Source of the DNA: Eledone cirrhosa
Taxonomy: Eukaryota
Reading direction: 5' to 3'
Assembly (NCBI GenBank): GCA_964016885.1
Contig: OZ024741.1
Location: 95,666,001 to 95,730,000 of the forward strand
DNA length: 64,000 nucleotides
In this document: positions 26,401 through 39,169 of the stretch, one piece after another
How positions within the stretch are numbered: position 1 is the first letter of the stretch
Layout of the letters: each line of letters opens with the position of its first letter
Position numbers and translations under genes: made by a program
Notes under the pieces: generated by a model
What the model was told of the DNA's origin: nothing
What the model saw: only the letters and a program-made list of their open reading frames with translations
Databases searched by the model: none

Positions 26401-29158
26401 CACTACTAATTTTCATAGAAAAAGCACATAACGATATGTGCTTTTACAATTCTCCAGAGAAGCCGGAAGATGGGTAAATATTGCTGATGAGATGTAATAA
26501 CATCGAAACTAGTCCAATATTCCTGTCTGGCCCTCTGGAGAATGGAGGAAGTGTGTTTCCTTGGGGGCTCGTGTGACTCTGGGGCCCGGTCCGTCTGTGT
26601 GGTTGCATGCGGGCTGGCTGACACTCACTGTGGAGTGTCTAGTGAGAGACTCCGTGCATGTACATGTGTATACATGTGTGTATTTATATGCATACTAATA
26701 CTTCCGTATACATATGTGGATGTACACTTTAACTTAATTGTTTAAGCGTCAGTCATACAAAAGTGAGTTAGAAGCGAAACGAAATTTAATTTCGTTTCGT
26801 TATTTGTTTTTATCGTTTCCGCTGAACCGGTGCGTGCAATGACTCACGTTCTATGCGAATTAGTCTGCCCACTACTGATTTTCATAGAAAAAGCATATAA
26901 CGATATGTGCTTTTACAATTCTCCAGAGAAGCCGGAAGATGGGTAAATATTGCTGATGAGATGTAATAACATCGAAACTAGTGCAATATTCCTGTCTGGC
27001 CCTCTGGAGAATAGAGGAAATGTGTTTCCTTGAAAACTCGTATGACTCTAAAACCCAGTCCGTCTGTGTGGTTACATACAGACTAGCTGACACTCACTGT
27101 AAAGTGTCTAGTGAAAAACTCCGTACATGTACATATGTATACATGTGTGTATTTATATGCATACTAATGCTTCCGTATACATATGTAGATGTATACTTTA
27201 ACTTAATTGTTTAAGCGTCAGTCATACAAAAGTGAGTTAGAAGCGAAGCGAAATTTAATTTCGTTTCGTTATTTGTTTTTATCGTTTCCGCTGAACCGGT
27301 GCGTACAAGGACTCACGTTCTATGCAAATTGGTCTACCCACTAATAATTTTCATAGAAAAAGCATATAACGATATGTGCTTTTACAATTCTCCAGAGAAG
27401 CCGGAAGATGGGTAAATATTGCTGATGAGATGTAATAACATCGAAACTAGTCCAATATTCCTGTCTGGCCCTCTGGAGAATAGAGAAAATGTGTTTCCTT
27501 GAAAACTCGTATGACTCTAAAACCCGGTCCGTCTGTGTGGTTACATACAGACTAGCTGACACTCACTGTAAAGTGTCTAGTGAAAAACTCCGTACATGTA
27601 CATATGTATACATGTGTGTATTTATATGCATACTAATGCTTCCGTATACATATGTAGATGTACACTTTAACTTAATTGCTTAAGCGTCAGTCATACAAAA
27701 GTGAGTTAGAAGCGAAGCGAAATTTAATTTCGTTTCGTTATTTGTTTTTATCGTTTCCGCTGAACCGGTGCGTACAATGACTCACGTTCTATGCAAATTG
27801 GTCTACCCACTACTAATTTTCATAGAAAAAGCATATAACGATATGTGCTTTTACAATTCTCCAGAGAAGCCGGAAGATGGGTAAATATTGCTGATGAGAT
27901 GTAATAACATCGAAACTAGTCCAATATTCCTGTCTGGCCCTCTGGAGAATGGAGGAAGTGTGTTTCCTTGGGGGCTCGTGTGACTCTGGGGCCCGGTCCG
28001 TCTGTGTGGTTGCATGCGGGCTGGCTGACACTCACTGTGGAGTGTCTAGTGAGAGACTCCGTGCATGTACATGTGTATACATGTGTGTATTTATATGCAT
28101 ACTAATACTTCCGTATACATATGTGGATGTACACTTTAACTTAATTGTTTAAGCGTCAGTCATACAAAAGTGAGTTAGAAGCGAAACGAAATTTAATTTC
28201 GTTTCGTTATTTGTTTTTATCGTTTCCGCTGAACCGGTGCGTGCAATGACTCACGTTCTATGCGAATTGGTCTGCCCACTACTGATTTTCATAGAAAAAG
28301 CATATAACGATATGTGCTTTTACAATTCTCCAGAGAAGCCGGAAGATGGCTAAATATTGCTGATGAGATGTAATAACATCGAAACTAGTCCAATATTCCT
28401 GTCTGGCCCTCTGGAGAATAGAGGAAATGTGTTTCCTTGAAAACTCGTATGACTCTAAAACCCGGTCCGTCTGTGTGGTTACATACAGACTAGCTGACAC
28501 TCACTGTAAAGTGTCTAGTGAAAAACTCCGTACATGTACATATGTATACATGTGTGTATTTATATGCATACTAATGCTTCCGTATACATATGTAGATGTA
28601 CACTTTAACTTAATTGCTTAAGCGTCAGTCATACAAAAGTGAGTTAGAAGCGAAGCGAAATTTAATTTCGTTTCGTTATTTGTTTTTATCGTTTCCGCTG
28701 AACCGGTGCGTACAATGACTCACGTTCTATGCAAATTGGTCTACCCACTACTAATTTTCATAGAAAAAGCATATAACGATATGTGCTTTTACAATTCTCC
28801 AGAGAAGCCGGAAGATGGGTAAATATTGCTGATGAGATGTAATAACATCGAAACTAGTCCAATATTCCTGTCTGGCCCTCTGGAGAATGGAGGAAGTGTG
28901 TTTCCTTGGGATCTCGTGTGGCTCTGGGGCCCGGTCCGTCTGTGTGGTTGCATGCGGGCTGGCTAACACTCACTGTGGAGTGTCTAGTGAGAGACTCCGT
29001 GCATGTACATGTGTATACATGTGTGTATTTATATGCATACTAATACTTCCGTATACATATGTGGATGTACACTTTAACTTAATTGTTTAAGCGTCAGTCA
29101 TACAAAAGTGAGTTAGAAGCGAAGCGAAATTTAATTTCGTTTCGTTATTTGTTTTTAT
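23489..29158 (+). repeat. 469-bp hammerhead-containing tandem repeat (retrozyme-like), about 12 units
   Basis: CTGATGA cores at 23670 + 469n through 28829 (12 copies); two monomer classes. Confidence 0.95.
23663..23707 (+). ncRNA. Minimal type I hammerhead ribozyme (representative of 15 copies)
   Basis: AATATTG CTGATGA GATGT AATA ACATC GAAA CTAG TC CAATATT: 7-bp stem I, 5-bp stem II closed by G-C, palindromic ACTAGT stem III, GUC cleavage triplet (after 23700). Confidence 0.92.
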
Positions 29159-29221
29159 ATATTTTTTATTTTACCATATTTATATATTATATGTATTATT
29201 TGATACTTAGTATACTATAAT

Positions 29222-29256
<35 letters not shown>

Positions 29257-29270
29257 ATATTATAAATAAT

Positions 29271-29335
29271 TGTTTCTACTTTAGGCACAAGGCCAGCAAT
29301 TACCCAGTGCATTACTGATACTTTATTTTATCGAC
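29271..29335 (-). mobile_element. 5'-truncated SINE with target-site duplication
   Basis: Reverse complement of the SINE 3' end; ATAATAATATTATAAATAAT repeated at 29251 and 29336. Confidence 0.7.
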
Positions 29336-29511
29336 ATAATAATATTATAAATAATAAATTGATAGCATCCCCCCCACCGCTCACCTAGGCCTCTGAGACC
29401 CTAGAACCTGCTCAATGCTCCCCCGGGGCGGTAGCGCCTATTTTGAAGAGTCTGATTTAGACGGATTTTTTGCTGCTCTTTTTTTCTTTTTTAGCATCAT
29501 TGTAAGCCTGT

Positions 29512-29632
<121 letters not shown>

Positions 29633-30175
29633 TCATTTAGTAGTTCAATGATACAAAATGTTGGACACTATTCGATTTCAGCAACGACATTGTCTGTATA
29701 CTTTATATTCAATATCTCCTCTTGTTCCGAAGAATTCTCCACTGTTGACAGAATAGTTCTTCCAATATTGGCTGTTCAAATGATTTGAAATACTTAATAT
29801 TGTTTCTCTATTCTAGAAACCATCGTAGAGAGGCGATTATATGAGTTAAACTGACTTATTTTAATTGGTCTGACTAATCCCCCCGCCCAACCAATGGAGA
29901 TTTTGGCATAAGTTTAATATATTTACTTCTCTGAGTGATATTTTATCTCTATATATATGAAAAAGATATCATTTTTTACAAAAACAATATAAAAAATTGG
30001 AAACATAGGTGGAAAAGTTAAATTTTATATGTAAACATATCCTCTGACTGCTGGTTGTTGGGCGGTTTGATGAGACATATAATAAGACTTTTATATATAA
30101 ATAACAGTAAGGGAACGAAACGTTCGTAAATCAATATTTAATGTAAAAACGTATTTGGTAAATTACCTTAAAGGT

Positions 30176-30252
<77 letters not shown>

Positions 30253-30351
30253 AATATATATATATGTAAAAGGTAAACAGAAATAACAACACAATCGATA
30301 CAGTATATGGAAGGGAAATATTAGGTTAACGCTTGATATAGCAGGAAGAGG

Positions 30352-30389
30352 GTCTTAACATTTCGGACGCTAGTCCTTCCTCAGAAGAC
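30352..30389 (-). ncRNA. Minimal PLE-type hammerhead
   Basis: Reverse complement: GTCTT CTGAGGA A GGAC TAGC GTCC GAAA TGT T AAGAC; stem I GTCTT/AAGAC; stem III carries a probable C-to-T change. Confidence 0.65.
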
Positions 30390-30634
30390 AGAATGAGAAA
30401 TAAAATAGATTAAGGGGACGGGTGGGATGGAATTGGAAAAAATGTCTTTAGATAAAAATATATATATCGCTCACAAGATTTTAGTCAAATCAAGAAACCA
30501 AGAGTAAAGTAGATGACACCTAACTAAGATGCGATGAAATTACACTGAACTCGAAATCTCGCGGCTGTGAAACAAATTCCTTAATTCCACAGCATATACC
30601 TGTACCTATATGTATATATGTAAATGCATGCAGA

Positions 30635-30789
<155 letters not shown>

Positions 30790-30831
30790 CAAAGACATGC
30801 AAATATATATATGTATATACATATATGTATG

Positions 30832-31492
<661 letters not shown>

Positions 31493-31582
31493 ATATATAT
31501 ATATATATATATATGTAAATATATATATTACCTACATAGAGCACTCTTTTTTCCTGGACTTTTCCGACGGAATTACTTCATT

Positions 31583-31656
<74 letters not shown>

Positions 31657-32306
31657 AATGAAGTAATTCCGTAATAGCCACACTATCTATAGCATCTTGG
31701 AGCAAAACCCGTTGAAAACACGACTGCCTTGTTCATCATCTCACAAGAAGCCCAACATTCTTTATGTAGGCGGACAGTACCTGATTTGGAGTCGCAGAAA
31801 CCAATACTGGATTTTACCATCAGTCCAGGGTCCGGGAAAGTATCAACACATATATTTTTATTGTTTGACCCGAATTACTTGGTCGTTTTGTTTTGGCTGT
31901 GCGGATGATATGTTTAACCATCATCTCGGTGTGTTTGGCCCTTAACGTATGTTGTAGCTCTGATTCATATGATTCATCGAGCGCTTGCCACACATATCGG
32001 ACGTTGATTTTCGTTAATTCCTGAGCTGAAAACGATTCTCGCTAATTTATATTTATATATATATATATATATATTTTTAATAGAAAGTGAGGTTTTCTTT
32101 TTAAAAATGAAAAATAACCGAGGTGTCCTACACGAGTGAAAGTATAAAGAAAAAAAGATGAAATCGAAAATGCAACTGGAGTCTTATTTAAAAAAAAATA
32201 TATATATTTATTTGGTTCCTTTACCGGTTTCACAGTTCTTCTGCTTTCCAAAAGTAGATGGAGGGTCTGTGGTTTTTTTTCGGAGTATCGCTTTTAGCTT
32301 TCTCCG

Positions 32307-32340
<34 letters not shown>

Positions 32341-32345
<5 letters not shown>

Positions 32346-33895
32346 GACGTAAAATAAGAAAATATTTTTTTAAAAAAATTTAAAAAAAAATTTTTTCTTA
32401 CTTAAATTTTCACTCCAACTAATTAGTTTCTGCAATGGGATAAAGACAGTTACGTAATCCAACTGTCGAGAATTCATTGCGTCATCAGGAAGTCTATTCT
32501 CAGTTAAGTCTCCAGGCAATGCGCGGACACTGGCGGCTCATATAAAAATAATAATAATTCGGTAGATCGAACAGCTTGCGAGGACTGGATTCTATGTACC
32601 GAAATTCTCACTGCTTCAAGTCAAATGGCCGATTCTAAAGAATCAATCACGTGACACAGAGGCTAGTTAGAAGGAATGGGATGGTAAGATGACTGACGCC
32701 TACTAACACCCCCCAAAAAATTTTTTTTTTTTTTTTTTTTTTAGAAGTGGTTTTGACAAGTTTGCTCGACAAATCAGTGATTTGGAGATAAATATAGATA
32801 ATTTAATATATCAACTAACATAAGCGCACAGATGCACGTCCATGCCAGCAAATACACAGGTTATGTCATAGTACCTAGGTGGTTCAATGCAGGAGAATGC
32901 AGAACAATAATATAAAGGACGTAAAATAAGAAAATATTTTTTAAAAAAAATTTAAAAAAAATTTTTTTCTTACTTAAATTTTCACTCCAACTAATTAGTT
33001 TCTGCAATGGGATAAAGACAGTTACGTAATCCAACTGTCGAGAATTCATTGCGTCATCAGGAAGTCTATTCTCAGTTAAGTCTCCAGGCAATGCGCGGAC
33101 ACTGGCGGCTCATATAAAAATAATAATAATTCGGTAGATCGAACAGCTTGCGAGGACTGGATTCTATGTACCGAAATTCTCACTGCTTCAAGTCAAATGG
33201 CCGATTCTAAAGAATCAATCACGTGACACAGAGGCTAGTTAGAAGGAATGGGATGGTAAGATGACTGACGCCTACTAACACCCCCCAAAAATTTTTTTTT
33301 TTTTTTTTTTTTTTAGAAGTGGTTTTGACAAGTTTGCTCGACAAATCAGTGATTTGGAGATAAATATAGATAATTTAATATATCAACTAACATAAGCGCA
33401 CAGAAGGGGGTGTTAGTAGGCGTCAGTCATCTTACCATCCCATTCCTTCTAACTAGCCTCTGTGTCACGTGATTGATTCTTTAGAATCGGCCATTTGACT
33501 TGAAGCAGTGAGAATTTCGGTACATAGAATCCAGTCCTCGCAAGCTGTTCGATCTACCGAATTATTATTATTTTTATATGAGCCGCCAGTGTCCGCGCAT
33601 TGCCTGGAGACTTAACTGAGAATAGACTTCCTGATGACGCAATGAATTCTCGACAGTTGGATTACGTAACTGTCTTTATCCCATTGCAGAAACTAATTAG
33701 TTGGAGTGAAAATTTAAGTAAGAAAAAAATTTTTTTTAAATTTTTTTTAAAAAATATTTTCTTATTTTACGTCCTTTATATTATTGTTCTGCATTCTCCT
33801 GCATTGAACCACCTAGGTACTATGACATAACCTGTGTATTTGCTGGCATGGACGTGCATCTGTGCGCTTATGTTAGTTGATATATTAAATTATCT
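32341..33895. repeat. 572-bp tandem repeat (about 1.9 units, minus strand) plus an inverted copy (33405-33895), each with a hammerhead
   Basis: TAAAGGACGTAAAATAAG at 32341 and 32913; inversion junction at about 33404; identical 76-aa ORFs on opposite strands; flanked by (TA)n. Confidence 0.9.
33626..33707 (+). ncRNA. Type I hammerhead with extended stem II (minus-strand copies at 32412-32493 and 32984-33065)
   Basis: ACTTC CTGATGA C GCAATG ..GACAGTT..AACTGTC.. CATTGC A GAAA CTAATTAG TT GGAGT. Confidence 0.7.
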
Positions 33896-33896
33896 A

Positions 33897-34020
<124 letters not shown>

Positions 34021-34786
34021 ATGTGTGTGTGTGTGTGTGTACTTTTCTGTTTCCAAACAAAAAGAAAAATTACACCTGACACCGCTGTGTGGAAACAGAT
34101 AATGGTAAGTTTTAATGAAAACATATTTATCAAAATTACAATTCTCTATTCAGCAAAAAATAAACTTCTATCGCATATATATATAAACGCACACATACAT
34201 TTATGCATATATATATATACATTTATGCATACACCCACACACACATATATATATATATATAGCATATATACTATATATATATATATATATCATGTATATA
34301 TATATATAGTAAACACCTGTCCAAAAGAAATGTAGTTTATTTTTTGAGTGAAAAGACAACTGTAATTTTGATAAATGTCTTTTCACTAAAACTCAGCATT
34401 ATCTTGTATGCACAGCGGTGTCAATCAAAAAAGTCACTTGTGAATTGTAGACAAAAATAAGGATTTTCATAGATTTGTAGTTTTTTCTAGCATGAGAAAT
34501 GGGGTGGATGGATGGGTGTGTAGAAGTTGGTGGGTTAACAGTATCAGAAGATTGAAGCAACCACATAAGGAATAACATAATGGGACTGTCGTCTTTCTTT
34601 AATAGTGGTTAGAATAATTTGGTTTTATAATATTGCAAAGCAGCATGTTTCGGTGAACTGAATAAATTTACTATGTAAATGTTGTCTGTTGTAAAACGAG
34701 TAAAATATTCTAGCTTCTCAACCTTTCAAACATGTTTCATTGCGTCTTCTGTACATATATACATATATTAATAAACACATCAACAC

Positions 34787-34869
<83 letters not shown>

Positions 34870-35299
34870 CACCCACACGGTTATATCCTCATGTACATAT
34901 GTATAATATGTGTGCACATATATATATATGTAGACAGGTAGATAAGTAAATTAATGTCTCTCTCACTGTGTCTCTCTCTGTCTATCTATCTACATATCTC
35001 AATATATACATATATATACCCACACACAGAGTCACACTCACACACACACACACGCACACACACACATATATATATATATATCGTGTGCACACACATACAC
35101 ACAAACGTATAGACACATACACATATATGTTACATTCAGTTTGTACTACGGTCCATTTTAAAAATCTGATATCGACTGGGGATAACAATAACTTTGCTAC
35201 GTTCCATCAGTATTGCACCTTACAACGGGGCCGAGCAGCATTAATGCTACCAGGTAATTTTGTTCTTTATTAGTCCTATTGTCGCACACAATTCGTTTG

Positions 35300-35420
35300 T
35301 GGAGGCAGGTAGCCTAGTGGTAAGAATGTTAGACTTACGATCATAATGTCGTGGGCTCGATTCGTGGGTTGGGTTTCGTGTTTTGTTCTTGAGCAAAACA
35401 CTTCATTTCACGTATCCTCA
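35300..35420 (+). mobile_element. tRNA-derived SINE head
   Basis: GGAGGCAGGTAGCCTAGTGGTAAG...TTCTTGAGCAAAACACTTCATTTCACG, same family as 15392. Confidence 0.65.
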
Positions 35421-35903
35421 GCAATATTTGGGGGTTTAACCCTGCGAAAGATACCATTGCAGGCAGTTGAAAGTATAAATACATTCCTTGAAAGGAAGTA
35501 TATAAATTTCAAAAAAAGGAAGATAAATGTTCTTTTTTATGAATAAGGACCAGTTGAATTTGTTATATTCCCACCAGCTATTTTGAACATTTATACAAGA
35601 GCAACTCTGCCTATCCAAAGAGTCCTCTTATCTGGAAGAAAGTGGCAATTGTATTATTTCAAAGCTTTCCAATTTTCCCTTTAATGAAACGGACAGAATA
35701 AATGTTGATATCTAACTTGATGTCCCCTCCGCTTTGTGAGCGTATAGACCACGCAAGAGGGTTTTCATCACCACGTAAGAGGGTATACTCATTAGTAAAC
35801 GGTAAAATATATACAACAAATGAGTAAGTGAATTGTGGTAGATGGTTTCCAGTCCAGTCAGACTGCAACTACAAATAAAAAATCGACTTACTTTGACCTC
35901 GTA

Positions 35904-37465
35904 TCAATGGGAGCCTTGAGCTTCATGGAGTTTAGCTAACTCTTTGACGTCAGGCTGGATTTTCGTGAGCTGTAGCCGGAGATCTCCACGTGTAATCACA
36001 TTGTAGCGGTTGCGAGCCTTACTATGCAGTCTAGAAACAACGCCAAACCCCCTCTCGACTAAGCATGAGCTAGGAAAAGGCAAAGCAAATCTCTTAGCCT
36101 CTGCATATAGGAGTGGAAATCGACGCTGAATTTCCTCTTGCATCGAAAAAAGGGGTTCACCTATTTTGGAAAATTTAATTTTGATAATGTCATCTGTCTG
36201 AAGTTCAATTAATTCTTCCTGAAATTTAACGTCGAAATCGTCGACGTTAGCTATGAAGGGATCTGCTATCCACATTGGGATGTCCATCTGCAAAAGGTCG
36301 ACAAACCGTTCTCTCATGTTGTCTTGTAGTGCACGGAGGTACGCGGTATAAATTTGGAGTTGGTCATCGCTAACAATGTTTTGAACACTGGCGACACTAG
36401 GAAAATTATCGAATTCCCGTCGACAAAGATTCCTTTCGATGATTTCAATTTGGCCAGGAATATTTTCACAGCATTCCTTGCTTTAAACAAGGTGATCTTC
36501 TCCTCCTGCAAAGCCATAATGAGGCTATTGCATTTGTCGAAGATCTCGGCGAGGTAGGCGCAGTCTTGCCTCACATCGAGGTTTTTTTTAATACAGTTCT
36601 GTGTTGCGTCCTCGAAGAAACTCAATGATAGAGTCGAACAGTTCAAAGAAGCGAGTGAGGTACTTGCCCTTTGAAAGCCACCTCATGAAGGAGCCACCTA
36701 TGAAGGAGCAACTCGACGAATTCTTCGTCATTATCTTCGCACAGTTGCCGGAAAATTCGTTCATTGAGGGCATGGCGTTTGATATAATTGATGACATCAA
36801 TGGCTACCTGCAAAGACTTGCTCAGCGGCTCGCTGAGTTTCTTCGCAGCCAAGTTTTGTCGATGAATTACACAATGAACAGCAAATACAGATGGATTTTC
36901 CCTCTTCAGAAGAGAGACGAAACCCTTATGTTGGCCGACCATTGCTCTTGCGCCGTCCGTAGCACATGATACAATATTGTTAAGAGGTATTTCTTTTTCT
37001 TCGAAGTATCCCTTGACATATTCAAAGATGGTGGCACCTTTAGTATCTGTGGCTAGATTCAGAGTGAAGAGAAGCTCCTCGTGCATTTTGTTTTGTGCAA
37101 CATTTTCCGCCATTTCGTCGATGCGTCTCCTTATTAAGTCGTTACTCAACGGAATACATTTCAAGGTCTTTAACGGGTTCTGACGTAGTACTGTTGAAAG
37201 AACTTCTGAGATGACAGGGGCTACCAATGTTTCACCCAAGGAATGGAGCTTGCCACACTTTGCGATTATGTTGGCAATATTGTAAGATGCAACAAGTCCA
37301 TCAACATTTGAAGCCTCAACTTTTGAAAAGGCAGAAGAAATTAGTGCTGTTTTCTGGAATTGGTCCCTAAGAGACTGAAAGTATGCTAAATCTTTATATC
37401 TCTTATCGGGGTGCCTCACCTCCAGGTGTCTACTCAAACGCGATGGCTTCATCGCCTCATTCGAT
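35904..37465 (-). pseudogene. hAT Buster/Charlie-type transposase (ZBED5/SCAND3-like), frameshifted
   Basis: EAMKPSRLSRHLE..HP, CIPLSN..IRRRIDEMA, CATDGARAMVG, VHCVIHRQNLA, RWLSKG, AYLAEIF, FPSSCLVERGF, GDLRLQLT..QPD...QGSH across four frames. Confidence 0.92.
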
Positions 37466-37584
37466 ATACATACACACACACACACTTGTGTGTGTGCCTT
37501 GGTACAGAAAGAATTTTGTCTACAGTTTTTCATTGCCAGATCAAAGGCCACTGCTCTTTTCAACAACGCCAAATAACAACGCTC

Positions 37585-37664
<80 letters not shown>

Positions 37665-37744
37665 AATGAAGAGAGAAAGAGGGAGGGACAGAGAGAGTAA
37701 GAAATGTGTGTGTGTTTGGTACACATCTATCAATTTTTCTCCAA

Positions 37745-38148
37745 CAGGGGGCTCACACATGCGGCCCGCGAACTATTTATCTGTGGCCCGTGGTAGAACC
37801 AATATTTCATATCGCATTATAACTGGTGAAAATAAGGCGGTGAGCTGGTGGAATCGTTAGCACATCTGGCGAAATGCTTAACGGTACTTCTTCCGTTTTT
37901 ACATTCTGAGTTCAAATTCCGCCGATCTCAGCTTTGCCTTATATCCTTTTGGGGTCGATGAATTAAGTACCAGTTGTGTACTAGGATCGATGCAATCGAC
38001 TGAACCCTAAACTCCAAATGTCATGCCTTGTTCCTAAAGTAGAAATGATTATAACTGGTGAAAATTTTCACCCACCACCACGTTTGGCCCACTGTGCCTC
38101 TCCTCCAGGACGTAATAGCCCTTTTGTGTCCTTGAGTTTGAGACCCCT
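37745..38148. mobile_element. hAT-type MITE interrupted by a SINE
   Basis: Ends CAGGGGGCTCACAC and GAGTTTGAGACCCCT; internal GCGGCCCGC motifs typical of small hAT elements. Confidence 0.55.
37834..38047 (+). mobile_element. SINE with target-site duplication
   Basis: AAGGCGGTGAGCTGGTGGAATCGTTAGCAC...GAGTTCAAATTCCGCC; ATTATAACTGGTGAAAAT on both sides (about 37816 and 38048). Confidence 0.8.
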
Positions 38149-38434
38149 CTTCTACACACACACACACATATATATATATTACTTTTTTTCTGTCTCTGGA
38201 CTACGCCCATGCTGGAGCATCACCTTGGTAAGTTATGGGAATGTCAACAAACAAACAAGCATTGGTGGGAGGGCAAACACAAACGCAAAGACACACACAG
38301 ACATATATACATATATACGACGGGCGTCTTTTAGTTTCGATTTATCAAATCCACTCACAAGGCTTTGGTCGGCCCGGGCAGTGGGACTGAACCCGGAAAT
38401 ATGTGGTTGGGAAACAAACTTCTTGTCACACTGC

Positions 38435-38466
<32 letters not shown>

Positions 38467-38671
38467 ATAATATATATATTATACACATATATATATATAT
38501 ATATATATAACCTTAAACACTTAAATATAAATGCATGTATATATATATACAAATGTATAAATGCATAGCTATATACATACGTAAATGTATGTATATATGT
38601 ATGTATGTATGTAGATTTATATATATATATATAAATATATGTATGTATGTAGATTTATATATATATATATA

Positions 38672-39118
38672 TTATAAATGTAAGTTATCGCCGTATTTTG
38701 ACTAAAGAAATTAAAGAAATTATTTAGCCTGATAGTGGGGTTAAGAAACCTCGGAGAAATGGAAAACGATGAGTATTGACGTACATGGGAGTCGAACCCA
38801 CATATTTGGTTATCCAGACCACTGTGCTACCATTTACACCAAAACATCACCTGTTTTTTTCCCATTCAAATTAGAAGCTATAAACTTAGCGACTGTAATG
38901 TCAAGTAAGAATATTTTCGAAACAGCGAGCGGGTTTGAAATTATTATGTACGTCAATACTCATCTTTTTCCATTTCTTTGAGGGTTCTTAACCCCACTAT
39001 CAGGCTAAATAATTTCTTTAATTTCTTTAGTCAATAGCTTACATTTATAATAGGCGATAGCTTACATTTATAATAATTTCAAACCCGCTCGCTGTTTCGA
39101 AAATATTTTTACTTGATA
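38672..39118. repeat. Nested inverted-repeat module in (TA)n
   Basis: 38699-38750 is the inverse of 38980-39033; 38901-38948 is the inverse of 39070-39116. Confidence 0.7.
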
Positions 39119-39169
39119 TATATATATGTATGTATGTATATTTATATATATATATATGTGTAATCCATG

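Larger units (their letters stand above)
21492..29454. mobile_element. Probable hAT (Buster/Charlie-type) non-autonomous element enclosing the ribozyme array and two SINEs
   Basis: Left end CAGAGGTTTTCAAAC; right end reverse complement CAGACTCTTCAAAA; 8-bp flanks GTTTAGAC (21484-21491) and ATTTAGAC (29455-29462), central TA as in Buster target duplications. Confidence 0.6.

Noticed and set aside
21872-29158. CRISPR array or multi-copy small-protein gene cluster (64-77 aa ORFs)
   Set aside because: Whole units repeat with no unique spacers and no cas genes; the short ORFs lie on both strands, often lack ATG starts, and the class differences are mostly non-synonymous.
21629-29335. SINE sequences in inverted orientation as terminal inverted repeats of the array
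   Set aside because: The right fragment has its own 20-bp target duplication and the family is abundant in the window, so independent insertions are more likely.
31567-31672. Palindrome around (TA)n as a functional hairpin
   Set aside because: Only about 24-bp arms; probably a by-product of an inverted insertion end.
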